Source: Gemmatimonadota bacterium (GTDB taxonomy: Bacteria > Gemmatimonadota > Gemmatimonadetes > Longimicrobiales > Gaopeijiaceae). From it: DNA of 64,000 bases. The stretch lies in assembly GCA_022563405.1 (NCBI GenBank), contig JADFNK010000001.1:33980-97979 (forward strand), in the 5' to 3' direction. This document shows positions 8,536 through 16,861 of the stretch, in pieces. A program made the translations under genes and the position numbers. The first letter of the stretch is position 1. Every line of letters begins with the position of its first letter. The notes under the pieces were generated by a model. The model had not been told where the DNA came from, made no database searches, and was given only the letters and a program-made list of their open reading frames with translations.

Positions 8536-10827
8536 TCAAATGAGACTCCTCTTCCTCCGGTAGCCCCACTCACCGGCCATCAATCCCAAGACGAGAAACA
8601 GCAGGATCGGCATGTCCCAGAGATCCCGTTCCTCGGTGAGCGTGACGCCGGCCCCGGTAAAGCTGATGTCCTCGGCGAGGGTCGCCACATTCTCCGGCGT
8701 GTAAAACAGCCCGCCGGTCTGGTCCGCAATCCGGCGCAATGTAGTCCCCCGCATGCTCGCGTCGAAGTACTCGTCGGCCGAGGGCGCCGCCTCCACGTAG
8801 GTGACGGCGGTCCCGATGGTGTCTCCGCCGCGCGACGCGAGTATGGAGACTTCGTACAGCCCCGGGGAGGTGGTCAGAAAACGACCGCCGTATTGCCCGT
8901 CTTGTTCTACATCCCATTCCAGGGTGATGGTCATGGAGTCGCCGGATGGATCGCGTACGACGGCGACGACGTTGGCGTTGTTTACGGCCGCATACGCCGA
9001 GTCTCCCACCTCGACCAGGATATTCACGGGTTGCCCCGGCTCCACCAGCTCACGCTCGGTTTGGGCCCCGACCTGCTCGGGCACACCGTCCGTGAGCCAG
9101 CGGAGAAGCTGCCGCCAGAACGTCTCGTGGGTCTGGTCTTCGAGCGGGATGTCGGCGTGCATCTGCCAGATCCAGGAGTCCTGGATCGGCAGCACGACCA
9201 CCTTGCCGCGGCCATAACGATGGAAGGCGAGTACCACCTGGCGCTCCCGGTCCTCCTCCGTACCACCGGTCAAGAGGCTGGTGGCACCGGGTTTGAGACG
9301 TGTGATGGGATTGAGGGTCGTGACGGACGGGAGGGCTTCCCACCGTTCAACGACCGCCTCGCTGTTGTCGGCTCCGAGTTGCGTAGCGGGGTGCGTGAGA
9401 CCCGCGCGCGTGGGGGTGATGAAGAGCTCGTCGAAGTAAGGCCCGACCCCTGAGCTCAGTTCGTCGTCCAGAAAGACGGGTAGGACCTCCGCCAAGCGCG
9501 TGCCTTGGTAACCTCCCTCCGCGAACGCGTTGCGGCCGCCCAGGAACAAGAGGCCGCCGCCCCGCCGGGACACGAAGTCCGCGATCATGTCGAGCTGATC
9601 GTGCGTGAAGAAGCTCGCCTCCACACTCCCGAGGATCAGCGCCCGGTACCGGAACAGCTCTTCCCGTGTCTTCGGGAAACCGGCCGCGAGCTCCTCGGCG
9701 TTGTCGACGTCCAGACGGAGGAATTTGCCTTCGGCCGTACGTTGAAGAAGCACAACTTGGAGGTTCTCGTCTTCAGAGACCGCACGGCGGAGGAATTTCA
9801 CCTCCCAGCGAGGCTCCCCCTCGAAGTAGAGGATCTTTTCCGCGTCGCTCACGACGTTGACGAGGACGTCCCGAACGTTGTTCTCCGTCACCCGCTCACC
9901 TGGCTGAATCGAGACTCGGAATCGGAGCAGACGGGGTCCCGCGTCCTGGGCCTGGATCCGGACCCTGACCACCACCGGTTCGCCATCGCGCTCGAAGGTC
10001 ACGTCCTCGGAGGCCAGAAGCAGGCCTGTGTCCTCCACCACGAGTTGGACCGTCCGCCCCGAATACCCCCGGTGTGACACGATGACGTCTACCACCAACG
10101 ACGTTCCTGCGAGGACCGTCCTCGGCATCTCCACGCGGCTGATTTGCACGTCCGGCGTAAGTTCCTCCTCACCGAGGCCCACTGTATAGACGGGAATGCC
10201 GGCAGCCTGGAGCGGCAAGAGCGATTCGGCCAAGACCTCGCCGGAATTGTCGGCACCGTCCGAAAAGACCACCAAACCCGAGATCGGAACGCCGGCCAGC
10301 TCCTCCTGAGCCCGCACCATAGCGTTACCGAGGTTCGTCGCCGTACCCGAGTACGACAGATCGGCCATGTCGTTTAGACGGCTCGCGTCGCGGCTGAAAC
10401 GGAAGAAGCGGAGCGTGAACTTCTCTTCCAGAGCCGTCAGAAGCTCGCTGCCTTCGCTGCCGAAGGTCGCCTGGACGAAGTCGCTTCTGGCCACTCCGTC
10501 TTGATCGGTGATGCGCATGCTTTGCGAATCGTCGATCAGAATACCCACGAAATTCCGCTGTGGAACGACCGAAGTGAGTATCAGCGTAGGCCGGAAGAGA
10601 ATGAAGACGAGGATCGCCACCAACCCGAGCCTCAGCGCCGCCATCACACCTCGGTCCCATCGGCTGCTGGCTCCCCTGGCCGCTCTATACGTCAAAAGGG
10701 CAGGCAGCGTAACCACCGCCACACCGCCCAGAACGAGCAAGACCGGCCAAGGCGAGGCGAACGTGAAGTCCCCCTCCTGGAACAGGAGCAGCCTGTACTT
10801 AAAAAGGAACTCGAAGATCGTGTCCAT
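8536..10827 (-). CDS. Large membrane-anchored VWA-domain protein (Bat-operon type, GATase1-like middle region)
   Basis: 763 aa with N-terminal TM helices. FVGILIDDSQSMRI is a VWA MIDAS motif. LILGSVEASFF...GGGLLFLGG resembles a ThuA/GATase1-like module. Confidence 0.85.
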   Translation of the reverse strand: MDTIFEFLFKYRLLLFQEGDFTFASPWPVLLVLGGVAVVTLPALLTYRAARGASSRWDRGVMAALRLGLVAILVFILFRPTLILTSVVPQRNFVGILIDDSQSMRITDQDGVARSDFVQATFGSEGSELLTALEEKFTLRFFRFSRDASRLNDMADLSYSGTATNLGNAMVRAQEELAGVPISGLVVFSDGADNSGEVLAESLLPLQAAGIPVYTVGLGEEELTPDVQISRVEMPRTVLAGTSLVVDVIVSHRGYSGRTVQLVVEDTGLLLASEDVTFERDGEPVVVRVRIQAQDAGPRLLRFRVSIQPGERVTENNVRDVLVNVVSDAEKILYFEGEPRWEVKFLRRAVSEDENLQVVLLQRTAEGKFLRLDVDNAEELAAGFPKTREELFRYRALILGSVEASFFTHDQLDMIADFVSRRGGGLLFLGGRNAFAEGGYQGTRLAEVLPVFLDDELSSGVGPYFDELFITPTRAGLTHPATQLGADNSEAVVERWEALPSVTTLNPITRLKPGATSLLTGGTEEDRERQVVLAFHRYGRGKVVVLPIQDSWIWQMHADIPLEDQTHETFWRQLLRWLTDGVPEQVGAQTERELVEPGQPVNILVEVGDSAYAAVNNANVVAVVRDPSGDSMTITLEWDVEQDGQYGGRFLTTSPGLYEVSILASRGGDTIGTAVTYVEAAPSADEYFDASMRGTTLRRIADQTGGLFYTPENVATLAEDISFTGAGVTLTEERDLWDMPILLFLVLGLMAGEWGYRRKRSLI

Positions 10828-10846
10828 CAGCGCGCTCCCCGGGCCA

Positions 10847-11818
10847 TCAGTGACTCATCGCATAGACTATGAAATTGACGCCCATCTCGTAGGCGTACTT
10901 GGAGTATACAAACGGGTAATAGGGGTCGTCCGCCCACTCCCACGCGTCGCCCAGGTCGGTGTTCCAGTTGATGATGACCATGAGGCGACCCTTTTCGTCG
11001 TGGATCCCCTTGACCATGGGAATGAAGCCGTCGCGTTCCCAGGTCGGACAGCGGCTGAGGTCGGCCTGGGAGAACGCAGTACAGTTTCTGATGCCTATAT
11101 TCGGCACCTGGATCACTTCGTCGATCTCGTAGAATGTCGTGAAAATGTTATGGTCGATCGGCAGGTCCTCGATCTCGTATCCGGGCAGAACCTGTTGGAT
11201 CTCATACTCGAAATTCGCCCACTCCCGGGTGCCCCAGAAGTCGTCGATGACCAGAAACCCGCCCTGTAGCAGGTAACCGCGAAGGCCCTCGATTTCGGCT
11301 GGGCGGAGCGCCATCCTGCCCACCTCGAGCGCATATAAGAAGGGGAAACGGCGTAAGTCGGGGTCGTCGAGGAAGACTACGAATTCCGAAAGATAGGCGT
11401 CGAGGTTCGGGAGGAGCCGATCGATGAACGAGAGGAAAATCTCGTCCGCCCTCGGATAATCCGTCCTCCAGGAACCCCCTCGGCCATAAAACCCGCCGAA
11501 CCCGCTGTAGGCGACACGGGAGAAATAGAACTCATGCGGTATGCCGATGGTCAGAATTTGAGCGGCGTCGGCTCGGCTCTCCGCGCCGACCCCCGCTTCG
11601 ATCGGAGCCCGAAGAGCGCCCAGAGCTTCGGACACACCAGTCGAGCTCAAGAAGCGGGCCTGGGCCTTGGGGAGCGGGGCGGAGCTCTCGGTGTTCGTGG
11701 CGTCGGACGGGGTTGTCGCATCCGTCCTGGCCGGTGGGGAGCCGAGCAGCACGATCAGAGCGATCGCACCCGCGGCGGCGCCCACTGATGACGGTAGTAC
11801 CCGCACGATACGCTCCAT
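10847..11818 (-). CDS. DUF4159 domain protein (paralog 2)
   Basis: ORF 10847..11884; I prefer the internal ATG (MERIVRVLPSSVGAAAGAIALIVLL) over the TTG at 11884. Contains FYFSRVAY...WRTDYPRADEIF...LRRFPFLYALEVG...GGFLVIDDFWG. Confidence 0.8.
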   Translation of the reverse strand: MERIVRVLPSSVGAAAGAIALIVLLGSPPARTDATTPSDATNTESSAPLPKAQARFLSSTGVSEALGALRAPIEAGVGAESRADAAQILTIGIPHEFYFSRVAYSGFGGFYGRGGSWRTDYPRADEIFLSFIDRLLPNLDAYLSEFVVFLDDPDLRRFPFLYALEVGRMALRPAEIEGLRGYLLQGGFLVIDDFWGTREWANFEYEIQQVLPGYEIEDLPIDHNIFTTFYEIDEVIQVPNIGIRNCTAFSQADLSRCPTWERDGFIPMVKGIHDEKGRLMVIINWNTDLGDAWEWADDPYYPFVYSKYAYEMGVNFIVYAMSH

Positions 11819-12039
11819 TCTTTCGTCGGTGACAACTACTTCCAGCGTACCGGGCCGAACGGGTAGCCGCGATGCCCTGACCAAGCAGGCATATCGGTAC
11901 GTTTCTCTGACACGAAAGGTCCCTCATGCCCGGCGTCGGACTTGCGCCGCCGGCCCAGTGAACCAAAAGACGTAATAGCTTCGTAGGGTATACCGCAATG
12001 TCGGAGCGAATAGGCGCTCACACTACTTGAGGTATAGAT

Positions 12040-12432
12040 ATGGATCCCAGGACGAAGGTTTCAATCCGTGATTTCGCCATCTTCCAGCTCAAGTTGATGA
12101 TCGACGGGCTGAAGGACGGCGCTGTTTTCGTGATGTCGTTTGTGGCATTCGGGATAGACCTCGTCTTCGGCCGCCACGGACGGCGGCGATTTTTCTACAA
12201 GATGATGAGGGTCAGCGAGAGGCTCGACCTTTGGCTCAACCTCCACGGCGCGACAGAGGGGGCCGACGAGGATCCAGACGGCCTTTTCGGAACGAGTAAG
12301 GCTGGAAGCGACACCTTGCTGGGCCAGGTCGAGCAAATCGTTCGAGGCGGCGATGAGCCGTCTCCCCGGAAGAACAGAAGGCCGACGCGTGTCCACGCCC
12401 ATATAGGATCGTCGTCGACCCGCTTGATGTAG
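12040..12432 (+). CDS. Hypothetical small membrane protein
   Basis: 130 aa ORF with coding-like codon usage and one hydrophobic segment (GAVFVMSFVAFGIDLVF). No recognisable family. Confidence 0.45.
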   Translation: MDPRTKVSIRDFAIFQLKLMIDGLKDGAVFVMSFVAFGIDLVFGRHGRRRFFYKMMRVSERLDLWLNLHGATEGADEDPDGLFGTSKAGSDTLLGQVEQIVRGGDEPSPRKNRRPTRVHAHIGSSSTRLM

Positions 12433-12696
12433 TCAGGAACACTCCCGCCCCACTCCCCCCTTGAGCGCTCTGGTCGCCCGTGCGCCCACGACCATGAGGG
12501 GAATGACCTTACACGTTGAAGGGTTGCGGTGGCACGACCCCGACCACGCTAACGCGCGGTGCCCCGTTGTTGGAGCTCCTAACCATAGCGAATGCTATGG
12601 CGTCGTCGCTCCCGACCCACGCTTCGCGCGGGTACCCCGGAGCTGGGGCCGTGGCATCCGCAACGCGGCCCACTATACTTCTTCAACAGCCTGCTG

Positions 12697-12726
12697 GTGT
12701 CCTGGGTCAAGAGTGTCCTGGGTCAA
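12697..12726 (+). promoter_or_regulatory. Perfect 14-nt direct repeat GTGTCCTGGGTCAA x2 (16-nt period) just upstream of ferritin
   Basis: Copies at 12697-12710 and 12713-12726 are identical. They end 32 nt before the ferritin ATG at 12758. Confidence 0.4.
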
Positions 12727-12757
12727 AAGTCTGGCTGAATTTCAACGAGGTCGCGCC

Positions 12758-13261
12758 ATGAACGAAGTGGTACAGGACGCCTTCAACGAACAGATCAAGA
12801 GTGAGTTGTTTTCCGGCTATCTATATCTTTCGATGTCGGCTCACTTCGATCACGAAAACATGCCGGGGTTCGCCCACTGGATGCGGCTTCAGGCCCAGGA
12901 GGAGCTCGCACACGCGATGCGCTTGTTCGACTACGTGCTCCGAAGGGGAGGCCAGGTCGAACTCCACGGCATCGATGCCCCCACCACCGATTTCGGATCA
13001 CCACTCACGCTCTTCGAGAGTGTGCTGGAGCATGAGCGGGCGGTGACCGGAATGATCCACAGGCTGTTCGAGCTCTCCGGAAAGGAGGGCGACTGGGCGG
13101 CCCAACAGGAGCTCCAGTGGTTCATTGCCGAACAGGTCGAAGAAGAGGACGCTGCTGCGACTGTGCGGGACCAGGTGCGCATGGCCGGTGACGACCAGGC
13201 CGCTCTGCTCATGTTGGATCAGCAGCTTGGCAGCCGTACTGCAGGTCCTGAGCAAGCCTGA
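12758..13261 (+). CDS. Ferritin (non-heme, Ftn-like)
   Basis: Internal ATG of ORF 12461..13261. MNEVVQDAFNEQIKSELFSGYLYLSMSAHF...QAQEELAHAMRLFDY...LEHERAVT carries the ferroxidase-centre E/ExxH pattern. The upstream 99 codons look non-coding. Confidence 0.9.
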   Translation: MNEVVQDAFNEQIKSELFSGYLYLSMSAHFDHENMPGFAHWMRLQAQEELAHAMRLFDYVLRRGGQVELHGIDAPTTDFGSPLTLFESVLEHERAVTGMIHRLFELSGKEGDWAAQQELQWFIAEQVEEEDAAATVRDQVRMAGDDQAALLMLDQQLGSRTAGPEQA

Positions 13262-13330
13262 TCCAGTGGTACTGGAGTGATCCGGCGGTACCGGCGGTAC
13301 CGGCGTGGCGGTGTGAACGGGGGGTCCTCC

Positions 13331-13366
13331 AGAAGGCTGCTGAAGGAGTACAGGGGGTAACGCACA
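13331..13366 (+). repeat. Conserved intergenic element, copy A (AGAAGGCTGCTGAAGGAGTACAGGGGGTAACGCACA)
   Basis: 32/36 identical to copy B at 40867-40902. Ends exactly at the GTG start of the ABC exporter. Confidence 0.6.
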
Positions 13367-15202
13367 GTGCCGCCTGAGTTGGCGAGGGCCCGTTCCGCTG
13401 ATCTCCCACCTTTTAAGGAGCGAATGATCGCGCTCCGCCTCATCCCGAGGTTTCTGGGCATGGTGTGGAGGGTTAAACCCGCCTATGCCGCCGCCATTCT
13501 TTCGTTCCGGGTCCTGCTGGCGTTTTCGCCCGCGGTCCAGCTCTGGATCGGAAAGCTCATCATCGACGGGGTTCTGGCGAACATCGGGGCGACTACTCCC
13601 GACTGGACCGGCCTTTTCCGCTTGGTGGCATTGGAGTTGGTGGTGGCGCTCGCCTCGGACGTGTTACAACGCACGTCGAATCTGCTCGAGAGCCTGCTCG
13701 GCGATCTGTTCGGCAATCGGCTTTCAGTACAGATCATGGAGCACGCGGCCACCCTGGACCTGGAGAACTTCGAGGACCCCGAGTTCTACGATTCGCTGCA
13801 GCGGGCGCGCCAGCAGACCGTCGGACGGATCGGGCTGTTGGCGGTGCTACTCGGCATGGGGCAGAGCGCGTTGAGCCTGATTACGCTCCTCGGGGTCCTC
13901 ATCGTCTTCAACGGGTGGCTCGTGCTGATGCTCGTGCTTGCCGTACTGCCGTCGTTCATTGGAGAGACACACTTCGCGGGTCTCTCGTATTCGCTGCTCT
14001 ACAAGTGGACGCCGGAGCGCAGGGAGCTCGACTATCTACGTTATGTAGCGACCAGCGACGTGACGGCGAAAGAAGTGAAACTCTTCGGCCTCGCCGACTA
14101 CTTCACTCGCAAGTACGAGCGACTCGCGGACGAATTCTACGAGGCCAACCGAGCCCTCTCCATCAAACGGGCCGCCACGTCCGGTGGGCTCACTGCGGTA
14201 TCCACGCTGGGGTACTACGCGGCATACGTCTTTATCATCGTCGACACAGTGCGTGGATTTCTCACACTGGGCGAGCTCACCATGTTGGTCGGAACGTTCC
14301 GGCAGAGCCGCGGCATGATCAGTGGGATCCTGCTTCGGTCCGCCGACATGTATCGGCAGAGCCTGTTCCTGAGAGATCTGTTCACCTTCCTCGAGATGAA
14401 ACCCCGCACGGCGAGCCCTGAACATCCCGTGCCGGTGCCCCGGCCGATCCGGGACGGCGTGATTTTCGAGAACGTGGGCTTCCGCTATCCGGACAAAGAG
14501 GACTGGGCCCTCAGGGGTGTTTCGCTGAGGATCGGCGCGAACGAGCGTGTGGCCCTCGTGGGTGAGAACGGCGCCGGCAAGACGACGCTGGTCAAGCTCC
14601 TGGCCCGCCTCTACGATCCGACCGAGGGGCGGATCCTGTTGGATGGTATAGACCTCCGCGAATACGACGTGGACGAACTCCGCGGTATGATCGGCGTCAT
14701 CTTTCAGGACTTCGTGCGATACGACCTGAAGGTGCGTGAGAACATCGCGGTCGGGCAGATCGACGCGATCGGCGACCAACCTCGTATCGTGCGGGCCGCA
14801 GAGATGAGTCTCGCCGACGGCGTTATCGCCGGTTTGGAGAGCGGCCTGGATCACATGCTCGGGCGCCGCTTCAAAGGCGGGGCCAACCTGTCCGGGGGTG
14901 AGTGGCAGAAGGTGGGCCTGGCGCGAGCGTACATGCGCGACGCCCAGATCCTCATTCTCGACGAGCCGACGGCCTCCCTCGATGCCAGGGCTGAATATCA
15001 GGTGTTCGAGAGGTTCGCGGACCTCACGGAAGGCAGGATGGCCGTGCTCATCAGCCACCGGTTCTCGACGGTGAGGATGGCGGACCGCATCGTGGTGTTG
15101 GAGGACGGCACCGTCACCGAAGACGGGACTCATGACGAGTTGCTCGTTCTCTCCGGGCGTTACGCGGAGCTGTTCACACTCCAGGCCGCAGGGTACCGGT
15201 AA
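13367..15202 (+). CDS. ABC transporter, fused permease/ATPase (exporter type)
   Basis: 611 aa with an N-terminal 6-TM region. Walker A GENGAGKTT, signature LSGGEWQKV, Walker B ILILDEPT. Confidence 0.9.
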   Translation: MPPELARARSADLPPFKERMIALRLIPRFLGMVWRVKPAYAAAILSFRVLLAFSPAVQLWIGKLIIDGVLANIGATTPDWTGLFRLVALELVVALASDVLQRTSNLLESLLGDLFGNRLSVQIMEHAATLDLENFEDPEFYDSLQRARQQTVGRIGLLAVLLGMGQSALSLITLLGVLIVFNGWLVLMLVLAVLPSFIGETHFAGLSYSLLYKWTPERRELDYLRYVATSDVTAKEVKLFGLADYFTRKYERLADEFYEANRALSIKRAATSGGLTAVSTLGYYAAYVFIIVDTVRGFLTLGELTMLVGTFRQSRGMISGILLRSADMYRQSLFLRDLFTFLEMKPRTASPEHPVPVPRPIRDGVIFENVGFRYPDKEDWALRGVSLRIGANERVALVGENGAGKTTLVKLLARLYDPTEGRILLDGIDLREYDVDELRGMIGVIFQDFVRYDLKVRENIAVGQIDAIGDQPRIVRAAEMSLADGVIAGLESGLDHMLGRRFKGGANLSGGEWQKVGLARAYMRDAQILILDEPTASLDARAEYQVFERFADLTEGRMAVLISHRFSTVRMADRIVVLEDGTVTEDGTHDELLVLSGRYAELFTLQAAGYR

Positions 15203-16857
15203 CCTTCGCCGGGCGGATGGCTCCACCGACCCATCCGGGTGCCTCTCCTCGAGCGGGGGGCCTGTCGGGAGGCCGGCGTATGAAGGTCTTCGAAGACGTC
15301 GAATAACGCCGGATCGAAGATGATTCCGCGATCCTCGCGCATGACCGAGAGAGCGTGGCCCGGCGTCAATCCGGCGCGGTAGCTTCGGCCGGAGGTGAGT
15401 GCGTCGAATACGTCGGCAAGGCAGAGGATCCGGGCTGAAAGAGGAATGTCGTCCCCGGCCAGGCCATCCGGGTACCCTGAGCCGTCCCAATGTTCATGAT
15501 GGTGCCGGACCATCGGTCGGATGTCCCAGGGGAACTCGATCTCCCGGAGTAGATGCACCCCCGCCTGGGGATGCCGCTTCATGATCGCCCACTCCTCGGC
15601 GGTAAGGGGGCCGGGTTTGTTCAGGATGGACGAAGGCACGACGATCTTGCCCACGTCGTGGAGCAGAGCGCCCATCCGGAACCACCTCAGGCGCTCCGAG
15701 TCGATCCCTGAAGCCGACGCCAGAGCACACGCGTAGGAAGCGACACGCTCACAGTGTCCTTGCGTGTAGTGGTCCTTGGACTCGATCGACTCCCCCCAAG
15801 TGCGGACCACGTCCAGGAAGCGGCGCTCCAGCTGCGTGACCCGCTCGCGGACTTCCGCGAGATCGTGTTTCGCGTGGAAGTTCGAGTAGAGTCGGAGACT
15901 CTCGTTCAGGGCCTTGAGGGTGTCCTGGTTTCGGCCCTGCTTTCTATAGACCTCGGCCAACTCCCGTGCCGTCTCGGCGGCCAGAAGTGTGTCCCCTTCT
16001 CTGTCGGCCACCTTGCGTGCCTGTGCGAGCGAGTCGAGAGCCAACTCGAGCCGACCCGTGGATTGGTAGATGGCCCCGTAGTGCTTGAGAATCTCACCAG
16101 TCCATCGCCCACCCGAGACGTCCCGGGAGAGGCTACAAGCTCGATCGCACGACTCGTGGGCACGCTTGAACTCCTTCCTGGTGATCCACATCCGGGCCAA
16201 GTTGACGTGACTGAGCACCTGATGGTCGATTTCTCCGGACTGCTTACATCTTCGCCCGGCTTCCTCGAGGGCGATTTCCGCGTCGTCCCACTCGCCCAGG
16301 TCGGCGTGTAGACGGCCGATATTGTTGAGAAGCGGACCGACGCGGTCGTCCTCTCCAAGCTGGTCGTAGGCCTCTTTGCTGGACTGATACCGCAGGAGTG
16401 CCTCGGTGAAATCCCCCTGGATGTTCGCCACAACGCCCAGGTTCTGGTGGATCATGGCGGCTAGGGTGTCGTACCCCGTCGCCGTCGACGCACGCTCGAG
16501 GCTCCAGGTGTAGTGGTCGGCCGCCGCCTGGAGGTTTCCACGCATCTGCTCCACGATGCCTTTTCCGTTCACCGCGTGCGCCTGGCCCAACACGTCACCG
16601 TGGGCCTCGGCGACCCCGAGTGCGGCCTCGTAGCAGTCCATGGCCGCGGTGAGGTGCCGGTCCTCGTAGTGTGTCCGGGCGATCCACCTCAAAATCGCGC
16701 TGGCGAGGGTCGGGTGCTTGGTCTCGTCGAGGGTGCGGAGCGCGGTCTCGTACAGGGAGCGGGCGCGGCTCCGGCGAGCCTCCCGTTCCGCACCGCGCGC
16801 TTGGGCGATCAGCTCTCGGACGGCCTCCGGAATACCCTCGTCGGTGGTCGAGTCCAC
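15160..16857 (-). CDS. TPR-repeat sensor fused to an HD-GYP domain (putative c-di-GMP phosphodiesterase)
   Basis: 565 aa. C-terminal LLHDVGK and HHEHWDGSGYPDGL are HD-GYP motifs. The N-terminal ~330 aa is a TPR array paralogous to the 17928..18989 product. Confidence 0.88.
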   Translation of the reverse strand: MDSTTDEGIPEAVRELIAQARGAEREARRSRARSLYETALRTLDETKHPTLASAILRWIARTHYEDRHLTAAMDCYEAALGVAEAHGDVLGQAHAVNGKGIVEQMRGNLQAAADHYTWSLERASTATGYDTLAAMIHQNLGVVANIQGDFTEALLRYQSSKEAYDQLGEDDRVGPLLNNIGRLHADLGEWDDAEIALEEAGRRCKQSGEIDHQVLSHVNLARMWITRKEFKRAHESCDRACSLSRDVSGGRWTGEILKHYGAIYQSTGRLELALDSLAQARKVADREGDTLLAAETARELAEVYRKQGRNQDTLKALNESLRLYSNFHAKHDLAEVRERVTQLERRFLDVVRTWGESIESKDHYTQGHCERVASYACALASASGIDSERLRWFRMGALLHDVGKIVVPSSILNKPGPLTAEEWAIMKRHPQAGVHLLREIEFPWDIRPMVRHHHEHWDGSGYPDGLAGDDIPLSARILCLADVFDALTSGRSYRAGLTPGHALSVMREDRGIIFDPALFDVFEDLHTPASRQAPRSRRGTRMGRWSHPPGEGYRYPAAWSVNSSA

Positions 16858-16861
16858 AATC

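Noticed and set aside
12461-12757. Upstream 99 codons of the ferritin ORF
   Set aside because: There is no ferritin homology, the sequence is Cys/Arg/Pro-rich, and it contains the regulatory-looking repeats. MNEVVQ is a canonical ferritin start.
14036-15490. 484-aa minus-strand ORF
   Set aside because: It is antisense to the well-supported ABC transporter and overlaps the HD-GYP gene. The Arg/Pro/Gly-rich composition is typical of shadow ORFs in GC-rich DNA.
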